Of a DNA stretch of 53,819 nucleotides, positions 18,750 to 25,225 are shown in pieces. Positions within the stretch are counted from its first letter, which is position 1. Each line of letters starts with the position of its first letter. Source of the DNA: an uncultured Bacillota bacterium (GTDB taxonomy: Bacteria; Bacillota_I; Bacilli_A; RF39; UBA660). The stretch lies in NCBI GenBank assembly GCA_947165005.1, contig CAMUYN010000001.1, forward strand, positions 67,963 to 121,781. The letters are read 5' to 3'. The translations under genes and the position numbers were made by a program. Below the pieces are notes generated by a model. It saw nothing but the letters and a program-made list of their open reading frames with translations, searched no databases and was not told the DNA's origin.

Positions 18750-20657
18750 GTGATATTCTTGGAAAAAAGCATTCTTTTAAAAGATAATAAAGAACTAATG
18801 AAGTATTGGGACTATGAGAAAAATAAAGATTTAAATTTAGATAAGCTAACACTTGGAAGCAGTAAAATTGCATGGTGGAAATGTGATAAAGGCCATTCGT
18901 ATGATGCAAAAATAAAAAGGAAAAATTATGAAAAAATAATATGCCCCATTTGTTCTAATCATAGAGTACTAAAAGGATATAATGATTTAGCGACAACTAA
19001 TCCTGAATTATTAAAGGAATGGGACTTTACCAAAAATACTATTTCGCCATATGAGATAACAGCTGGTGCGGAAAAAATGATATGGTGGATTTGTCCTAAA
19101 GAGCATTCATACCAATCATATGCTTTTAACCGTAAAAGAGGAGTTGGATGTCCAATTTGTGATGGTAAGAAAGTATTAATTGGATATAATGATTTAGCAA
19201 CAACAAATCCTAAAATTGTAAAAGAATGGGACTATGAAAAAAATGGAAATCTTAAACCAACGGACATTACAGAAGGAAGCGCTATAAATGTTTGGTGGAA
19301 ATGTGATAAAGGCCATTCGTATGATGCAAGAGTGAAAGATAGAAAACGAGGATTAAATTGTCCATTCTGTTCAAATAAAAAAGTATTAGTCGGTTTTAAT
19401 GATTTATATACATATTGTATTAATAATCATCTTGAAGAAATAATAGAAGAATTTGATAATGATAAAAACAAATTTTCAATGAAAGACGTTACAGCAGGTA
19501 GTGATAAAGAAACATGGTGGAAATGTCCAAGGGGGCATTCATATCAGTCTAGTCCATCCAGAAGAGTTATGAGAGGATCTGGCTGTGGGATTTGTAGTCA
19601 TAATATTCTACTAAAAGGTGTAAATGATTTACTAACCACACACCCTGAAATAGCAAAAGAATGGGATTATAAAAAGAATAAAGTTGGTCCAGATGAAGTA
19701 ATGGCCGGAAGCAATATAGATAAATACTGGTTTATTTGTCCAAAAGGCCATAGTTACCATACCACTGTCTTAGGTAGAAAAAGAGGAACTAACTGTCCAC
19801 AGTGTAACATAGAAAAGCATACATCAATTCCAGAAAGATCAATTTATTATTACATGAAAAAATATTTTGTTGATGTAGTTGATAGTTATCATAGTAAAAA
19901 AATCGGAAGAAAAGAAATTGATATATTTTTGCCAGCATTTAACTTTGGGATAGAGTATGATGGTAGAGCTTGGCATAAAAATTATAAAAGAGATATAGAA
20001 AAAGATAACCTTTGTTTAAAAAATGATATTACGTTATTTAGAGTAAGGGAAATAGGCTGCTTCGAATATGATAGTAGTTCAATAAAAAAATATATAAATC
20101 CATATGATATAAAAGAATTAAATGAAGCAATTAAATCTATTTTTGATTATATAAATAAAAAATATAAACAAAACATTAGTGTAGATATAGATATTGAAAG
20201 AGATAAAATCAAAATTCTTGAATTAATGAACTTATCCGAAAAAGAAAATTCAATTGCTAAGTATTGTCCAAGTATTAAAAAATATTGGGACTCAACTAAA
20301 AATGGATTGATTACTCCTGAACAAATTTCACACGGAAGTATGAAAAAAGTATTTCTAAAATGTGAAAAAGGCCATGAGTGGGATAAAATTGTAAGTAATA
20401 TTAGAAAAGAAATAAAATGTCCATTTTGTTTTGGAAGAAAAGTACTACCTGGATTTAACGATTTGGCAACTACTCATCCTGAAATATCAAAAGAATGGAA
20501 TTATGAAAAGAATGGAGATCTTAAACCAACAGACATTAAAGCAGGAAGTAATAAAAATGTATGGTGGAAGTGTGAAAGAGGTCATGAATGGCAAGCTGTT
20601 ATAAATATAAGAACTAACGGATATAGAAAATGTTCAATTTGTTCAAAAATAAATTAA
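18750..20657 (+). CDS. Seven-fold zinc-ribbon repeat protein with embedded PD-(D/E)xK (Vsr/DUF559-like) nuclease core
   Basis: Seven modules W(W/F).C..GH.(Y/W)...(8-10 aa)...CP.C preceded by (L)KEWDYEKN. Between modules 5 and 6: EIDIFLPAFNFGIEYDGRAWH...D...LFRVRE. GTG start at 18750 is uncertain. Extended -10 tggtataat at 18723-18731. Confidence 0.7.
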   Translation: MIFLEKSILLKDNKELMKYWDYEKNKDLNLDKLTLGSSKIAWWKCDKGHSYDAKIKRKNYEKIICPICSNHRVLKGYNDLATTNPELLKEWDFTKNTISPYEITAGAEKMIWWICPKEHSYQSYAFNRKRGVGCPICDGKKVLIGYNDLATTNPKIVKEWDYEKNGNLKPTDITEGSAINVWWKCDKGHSYDARVKDRKRGLNCPFCSNKKVLVGFNDLYTYCINNHLEEIIEEFDNDKNKFSMKDVTAGSDKETWWKCPRGHSYQSSPSRRVMRGSGCGICSHNILLKGVNDLLTTHPEIAKEWDYKKNKVGPDEVMAGSNIDKYWFICPKGHSYHTTVLGRKRGTNCPQCNIEKHTSIPERSIYYYMKKYFVDVVDSYHSKKIGRKEIDIFLPAFNFGIEYDGRAWHKNYKRDIEKDNLCLKNDITLFRVREIGCFEYDSSSIKKYINPYDIKELNEAIKSIFDYINKKYKQNISVDIDIERDKIKILELMNLSEKENSIAKYCPSIKKYWDSTKNGLITPEQISHGSMKKVFLKCEKGHEWDKIVSNIRKEIKCPFCFGRKVLPGFNDLATTHPEISKEWNYEKNGDLKPTDIKAGSNKNVWWKCERGHEWQAVINIRTNGYRKCSICSKIN

Positions 20658-20671
20658 AGCGAGGAAAAAAT

Positions 20672-21778
20672 ATGAATCAGAAAAAAATATTGAAAGCAAT
20701 AAAATGGATTCTAATTGTAGGATTAATTATTCTAATATTTTATGAAATGTTTATAAAGAGAATTATAAGTAAATCGATTACTTTTCTTGAGTTGTCTCAT
20801 TATGAAAATAGAAGTGACATATTAGCTTACATTAGTATAATAGTAACATCACTAATTAGTTATAATATTTATAATTTGTCTAAAAGAATTAATCAGCAAA
20901 ATTGCATGGAAAAAAATAGGCACAAATATGAATCTATTTGCGCAGTATATGATTATTTAAATGAAATAATTTTATATACAAAAAAAATTGTTTTTAATGA
21001 TAAAGAAGACTATCATAACTTAGATTATAATAAAGATTTTATGAAGCATGTATATAATATAAGCAATGAAGTGTTAGATGAAAATGATATTGAATTGATT
21101 AGGAAAATTGATCAGACTATTAGAAACTATTTAAACAGAAATAAGAATAGTAATACCGAAAAATTAGTTATAAAATGGGTTTATAAAAATTTGTTTGATA
21201 TGAATATGAAAATTGAAAAAATAGAAGAACTGAACAATATAGTAGATACTGATTTGTTATTAAATCCACAAGTAGTTCTTATATTATCAAAACTTAGAAA
21301 AGAACTTAATTATGATTATAATAAGATAATCAACTATGGTGAAATGATTTTGCAAATAAAAAATAAAAAGGGTCAAGTTATTATTTATAAAAAATATAAT
21401 AATGAATGCTATGTCGATAATGGCATTGGAGTATTAGAAATATATGAGCCGATTTTTTATTCAAATAACAAATTTTATCGAAATGGTGGAATGGTTTATA
21501 AAGGAAATGTAAAAAAATATTTACCACATGGTGATGGAATATATTATTATTACAAATCAGATGAGACAAAAAAGATTTATGTTAATAGTGATGATTTGAT
21601 TGATAAAACAGCGGTAAGAATAAAAAGAATACTTCAAAAAGAGGATATACCTGAAAGAACTAACTTAGTAGTAAAAGGGCAGTTTAAAAACGGAAAAATA
21701 GTAAAGGGATTAATTGAATTTGAGGAAAAAGATTTGGGCAAAATTGAAGTTGCTGAAAACGACTATAAGAAATTGTAA
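20672..21778 (+). CDS. N-terminally membrane-anchored hypothetical protein with possible MORN-like repeats at the C-terminus
   Basis: RBS gaggaa 5-7 nt before the ATG at 20672. TM helix ILKAIKWILIVGLIILIFY. C-terminal YKGNVKKYLPHGDGIYYY and VKGQFKNGKIVKG. Confidence 0.55.
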   Translation: MNQKKILKAIKWILIVGLIILIFYEMFIKRIISKSITFLELSHYENRSDILAYISIIVTSLISYNIYNLSKRINQQNCMEKNRHKYESICAVYDYLNEIILYTKKIVFNDKEDYHNLDYNKDFMKHVYNISNEVLDENDIELIRKIDQTIRNYLNRNKNSNTEKLVIKWVYKNLFDMNMKIEKIEELNNIVDTDLLLNPQVVLILSKLRKELNYDYNKIINYGEMILQIKNKKGQVIIYKKYNNECYVDNGIGVLEIYEPIFYSNNKFYRNGGMVYKGNVKKYLPHGDGIYYYYKSDETKKIYVNSDDLIDKTAVRIKRILQKEDIPERTNLVVKGQFKNGKIVKGLIEFEEKDLGKIEVAENDYKKL

Positions 21779-21830
21779 TTAATTAAAATTTAATTTATTT
21801 TAGATAAGTTTTTAGATAAGTTCTGCTAGG

Positions 21831-21920
21831 TTTGCCGAGTGCTACGGAGTGCTCCCAAGTGCAACCAAGTGCCGAATTAACGAGCCAAGTGCTCCCAAAA
21901 GCTCCCAAAATCCCCAATAC
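21831..21920 (+). repeat. Degenerate decamer tandem repeat (consensus GCTCCCAAGT, about 8 units)
   Basis: gctacggagt gctcccaagt gcaaccaagt gccgaattaa cgagccaagt gctcccaaaa gctcccaaaa tccccaatac. 42 of 80 nt are G+C in an otherwise AT-rich window. Confidence 0.8.
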
Positions 21921-21926
21921 AAAAGG

Positions 21927-21971
21927 CCATGTGGCAGTGGTAAAAAATATAAACAATGTTGTGGTAAATAA
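21927..21971 (+). pseudogene. Start-less copy of the secA SEC-C tail (PCGSGKKYKQCCGK*)
   Basis: ccatgtggcagtggtaaaaaatataaacaatgttgtggtaaataa versus secA 18426-18470. No ATG or credible RBS in frame back to the TAG at 21813. Confidence 0.85.
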
Positions 21972-22019
21972 GCTCGCAAACCCGCATAAAATAAGGGAAG
22001 ACGCGAGCTTTTCTTTTTT
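21971..22019 (+). terminator. Hairpin terminator, paralog of the secA terminator
   Basis: agctcgc(21971-21977)...gcgagct(22003-22009) then ttttctttttt. The loop aaacccgcataaaataaggg is identical to the secA terminator. Confidence 0.75.
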
Positions 22020-22053
22020 GTAAAAATGGTATAAATTGTAAAAATTACAGCAC

Positions 22054-22100
22054 TATCTACACTTTATCTACACTTAACAACTTTTGAAAAATCTGATAAA
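22054..22100 (+). repeat. Module B, left (truncated) copy
   Basis: Perfect tandem tatctacactt x2 (22054-22075). The next ~25 nt (acttttgaaaaatctgataaat) resemble 22727-22750 of the right copy. Confidence 0.7.
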
Positions 22101-22192
22101 TACCTAATAATATAAGGAAAAATCAGCACTTGTTTACTTCGAGAGTGGTATTGGTAAATAATATGATATAATTAATACAGGAGTTGATCCAA

Positions 22193-22696
22193 ATGAATTA
22201 CGTTATTAGAAAAAAAGAACGAAAAGATTGCGCTGATGTTGCACACGTTGTAACGGTTGCTTGGAACGAAACATATAGAGGAATAGTACCTGATGAATTT
22301 TTGGACAACTTATATACTAACGAAGAAGAAAGGGCCAAGAACTCTTTTAGCAATTTTAATGAAAAAGAAAATCATCAATTTGTTTTAGAAGTTGATGATA
22401 AAGTAGTAGGATTTATAAATGTTGGTTCAAGTGATGAAACAGATTATGAAAATTGTGGTGAAATTCATGCGGTATATATTATTAATGGATACAAAGGACA
22501 TGGGTATGGTAAAAAATTAATTGATGCAGGAATTCAAGAATTAAAGTCAATGAATTTTGACAAAATGGTTATTGGTTGTTTGGATGGAAATCCATCAAAT
22601 GAATTTTATAAACATCTTGGTGGAAAGTTTATAAAAACAAGAATTTTTGAAAAATTACAGTTGCCAGAAAATGTTTATTACTTTGAAAAAATATAA
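22193..22696 (+). CDS. GNAT-family N-acetyltransferase
   Basis: Motif A IHAVYIINGYKGHGYGKKLIDAG. RBS caggag supports the ATG at 22193. Extended -10 tgatataat upstream. Confidence 0.85.
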   Translation: MNYVIRKKERKDCADVAHVVTVAWNETYRGIVPDEFLDNLYTNEEERAKNSFSNFNEKENHQFVLEVDDKVVGFINVGSSDETDYENCGEIHAVYIINGYKGHGYGKKLIDAGIQELKSMNFDKMVIGCLDGNPSNEFYKHLGGKFIKTRIFEKLQLPENVYYFEKI

Positions 22697-22699
22697 AAC

Positions 22700-22906
22700 T
22701 ATCTACGCTTTTATCTACGTTTTAGCAGAGTTTTGCAAAATATGATTTAATGTGAATTAACGGAAAACGGCGTGGTTTAAAGGGCTTTAGATGATATCTA
22801 AAATCTCAGAATTACTAAACATCGCATCCATGTGGCAGTGGTAAAAAGTATAAAAATTGTTGTGGAAGAAATAAGACTTGTAAAGCCCTTAAATTAAGGG
22901 CTTTTT
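22700..22906 (+). repeat. Module B, right (full) copy
   Basis: tatctacgctt-t-tatctacgttt, tagcagag, spacer containing gaattaacg (also present in module A), SEC-C tail copy, hairpin aaagccctt/aagggcttt. Confidence 0.8.
22828..22874 (+). pseudogene. Decayed copy of the secA SEC-C tail (PCGSGKKYKNCCG..), stop lost
   Basis: ccatgtggcagtggtaaaaagtataaaaattgttgtggaagaaataag. No start codon upstream in frame. Confidence 0.8.
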
Positions 22907-22931
22907 ATTATAACATTCACAAGACTATTTT

Positions 22932-23050
22932 TTACATACGTTATTACATACGTTGTGAGAACGTATATAAAACGTATGTACATTGCTTTTTGAAATCTAA
23001 AAACCAATATTTTCAGAGGTTACAGAATATATGTACCACTGCCACTGTGG
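22932..23050 (+). repeat. Module C, left (decayed) copy containing a 50-nt palindrome
   Basis: ttacatacgtt-a-ttacatacgtt gtgag aacgtatataa-aacgtatgtac (22932-22981) forms a near-perfect hairpin. taccactgccactgtgg (23034-23050) resembles an inverted SEC-C fragment. Confidence 0.7.
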
Positions 23051-23116
23051 TATGGGTAAGTATTGAAAAAAAATAAGAATAATGATAAAATAATTTAAAT
23101 AAAGGAATGAATAATA

Positions 23117-23650
23117 ATGAATATAATTTGTAAAATAACGGATAATGATATAGGAGAAAATTACATCGAAATTAATAATCCCAAAACAAGATTAGGTGCA
23201 AGAGGAATTGTTATTAGAGATGATGGAAAAATTGCAATATTTAATAAAACTAATAAAAACGAATATAAGCTTCCAGGCGGAGGAATCGAAAATGATGAAA
23301 CACCAGAAGAAGCATTTAAAAGAGAAGTTTTAGAAGAAACCGGTTGCATTGTTGAAATTATAGAAGAATTAGGTATTACCGAGGAGTATAAATGCCAATC
23401 TAATTTTAAACAAATTTCAAATGTGTTTTATGGAAAAGTAATAGAAGATACAAAACAATTACATATTACTCAAAAAGAAAAAGATGAGGGTGCTGAATTA
23501 TTATGGGAAACACCTCAAAAAGCATTGAAATTAATAACTGAATGTTATGATAAATTGGTAAAGTCTGATTATGAATCAGTTTATTCAACTAAATTTGTGG
23601 TTTTAAGAGATAGAATAATATTAGAATACTATATTAATAAATATCAATAA
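23117..23650 (+). CDS. NUDIX hydrolase
   Basis: Nudix box GGGIENDETPEEAFKREVLEETG. Confidence 0.88.
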   Translation: MNIICKITDNDIGENYIEINNPKTRLGARGIVIRDDGKIAIFNKTNKNEYKLPGGGIENDETPEEAFKREVLEETGCIVEIIEELGITEEYKCQSNFKQISNVFYGKVIEDTKQLHITQKEKDEGAELLWETPQKALKLITECYDKLVKSDYESVYSTKFVVLRDRIILEYYINKYQ

Positions 23651-23661
23651 TATATTTAATT

Positions 23662-23863
23662 TCACATACGTTATTACATACGTTCTGCTAGTAGTGCTGA
23701 GTGAATTTGAGTGCTACTAAGTGTAAAAATGTTCGAAATAATGGGATAAAATGCTCGGCAGTGTAGTAGAATATACCCAGAATAAAAGCCATGTAGCAGT
23801 GGCAAGAAATATAAGCAATGTTGTGGAAAATAAGTTAGCAGAACGTATAAAACAAGATAAAAT
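23662..23863 (+). repeat. Module C, right (full) copy
   Basis: tcacatacgtt-a-ttacatacgtt, ctgctag, AGTG-periodic tract, SEC-C tail copy. A 13-bp perfect inverted repeat atacgttctgcta(23678-23690)/tagcagaacgtat(23836-23848) encloses it. Confidence 0.8.
23789..23833 (+). pseudogene. Most diverged copy of the secA SEC-C tail (PCSSGKKYKQCCGK*)
   Basis: ccatgtagcagtggcaagaaatataagcaatgttgtggaaaataa. In-frame TAA two codons upstream. Confidence 0.8.
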
Positions 23864-23886
23864 AAATGCTTTAAATGAATTTTAAA

Positions 23887-23918
23887 GGAACAAATATAGA
23901 AAATTTGTTCCTTTTTTT
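23887..23918 (+). terminator. Intrinsic terminator closing the islet
   Basis: ggaacaaat(23887-23895)/atttgttcc(23903-23911) followed by ttttttt. Confidence 0.7.
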
Positions 23919-24104
23919 GCATAATTAAGAAGTGATTGTATTAAAACAAAAGGAGAGTATAACATGAAAATAATAGTTGGTGTGATATAGAAGAAGTCTT
24001 CAATGATATGGATGATAAATTAAGACATTTAAATTTTATAAAACAACCTATAAAATATATTAAAGAAAATAAAATAGGTACATTAGATATAATCAATACC
24101 ATAT

Positions 24105-24131
24105 AAAAAAACTCACTTAAGTGAGTTTTTT
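24105..24131. terminator. Bidirectional hairpin terminator (A-run/actcac-ttaa-gtgagt/T-run)
   Basis: aaaaaactcacttaagtgagtttttt. Overlaps the stop of the minus-strand CaCA gene. Confidence 0.7.
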
Positions 24132-25083
24132 ATATTATGAATATTAAGAAATAATATATAACGAATGCTAGTAGCATTAAGAATCCTTCGAATCTTGATA
24201 TTTGTTTTTTTGTTTTAGATACTATGAATAGGAATAATGCAGAACCAACTAACATTATTAAATCAATATATGAAAAACTTTGTGGAGTAATAGTACCAAA
24301 TATTGCAACAGGTATTCCTAATACAATACAGATATTAAATATATTACTTCCGATTATATTCCCTACTAATATGTCTTGTTCATCCTTTTTAGATGATACT
24401 ATAGTAGTCACTAGTTCTGGTAAAGAAGTACCAAATGCTATTATAGTAAGAGATATTATTCTTTCACTTAATCCAAGTGTTTTTGCAATAGCAGCTGCAT
24501 TATCTACAACAAAATCACTACCAATAATTATCCCTGCTAATCCTAAACCAACGAATATAAATGATTTTATAAAACCAAATTTTGGTTTTTCTTCTTGATT
24601 TTGTTCTTTATTTTGTTTAGCTAAAGCTATTAGATAGTAAACAAATACTGAGAAGAATAATAGAATTACAATTGCATCAGATCTAGTTATTTGATTTAAT
24701 AAACCATTTCCTAGTTTAACATCTAACATAATAACTGTAAGTAATGAAGAAATTAAAAGTGCAATTGGCAATTCTTTTTTTACAGTATTATCTTTTATTT
24801 TTATTGGCTTGATCATAGCACCAATTCCAATTATTAATAAAATGTTTAAAATACAACTACCAATAACATTTCCAAGTACCATGTCAGTGCTTCCAGAAGC
24901 TAAAGCTTGCATCGATACAGCAAATTCTGGAGCAGAAGTACCAAATGCTACAATTGTTAATCCTATTAACATTTTTGGTACTTTGAAGTTTTGTGCTGTT
25001 GATGAAGCACCATCAACAAATATATCTGCACCTTTTATTAATAAAACGAAACCAAATACTAACAATACAATATTTACTATCAT
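24130..25083 (-). CDS. CaCA-family Na+/Ca2+ (cation/Ca2+) exchanger, YrbG-like
   Basis: 317 aa, about 10 TM helices. Two alpha-repeats GTSAPEFAVS and GTSLPELVTT. Confidence 0.88.
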   Translation of the reverse strand: MIVNIVLLVFGFVLLIKGADIFVDGASSTAQNFKVPKMLIGLTIVAFGTSAPEFAVSMQALASGSTDMVLGNVIGSCILNILLIIGIGAMIKPIKIKDNTVKKELPIALLISSLLTVIMLDVKLGNGLLNQITRSDAIVILLFFSVFVYYLIALAKQNKEQNQEEKPKFGFIKSFIFVGLGLAGIIIGSDFVVDNAAAIAKTLGLSERIISLTIIAFGTSLPELVTTIVSSKKDEQDILVGNIIGSNIFNICIVLGIPVAIFGTITPQSFSYIDLIMLVGSALFLFIVSKTKKQISRFEGFLMLLAFVIYYFLIFII

Positions 25084-25225
25084 ATAATCACTCCTAGTAT
25101 ATTATTATTCTATCATAAAAATAGTAATTATAATTATTTTTTCGTTTTTATATGTAAAGTAAATAATTAGTCAGTATTTTTATAAATAATCCATGATATA
25201 ATATAATAAAGAATAGGGTATTAAT

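Larger units (their letters stand above)
21801..22019 (+). repeat. Module A, right (full) copy
   Basis: tagataagtt-tt-tagataagtt, ctgctagg, 10-nt periodic GC-rich tract, SEC-C tail copy, hairpin terminator. Confidence 0.85.
18471..23918 (+). mobile_element. Putative site-specific cassette array / integrative islet at the 3' end of secA; no recombinase visible
   Basis: Three gene units, each flanked by a variant of the same non-coding module containing a copy of the secA tail and terminator. See repeat features and findings. Confidence 0.5.

Noticed and set aside
18706-18909. Minus-strand 67-aa ORF overlapping the start of the Zn-ribbon gene
   Set aside because: No RBS, and it overlaps the promoter and 5' end of a much better supported gene.
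22184-23650. GNAT plus NUDIX as a toxin-antitoxin or two-gene functional system
   Set aside because: The two genes are separated by a full module with a terminator, each has its own promoter-like -10, and no small RHH/antitoxin ORF is adjacent. They look like independent cassettes.
18554-23684. Possibility that the tandem 11-mers constitute a CRISPR array
   Set aside because: There are only two adjacent copies per site with a 1-2 nt spacer. The repeat sequence differs from site to site, and no cas genes are present. This is not CRISPR architecture.
23920-24104. Short ORF fragments after the islet (MKIIVGVI* with RBS aaggag at 23950s, then an out-of-frame ~38-codon stretch)
   Set aside because: Too short and interrupted to call. 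It may be a gene remnant, but I cannot support any identity from the sequence.
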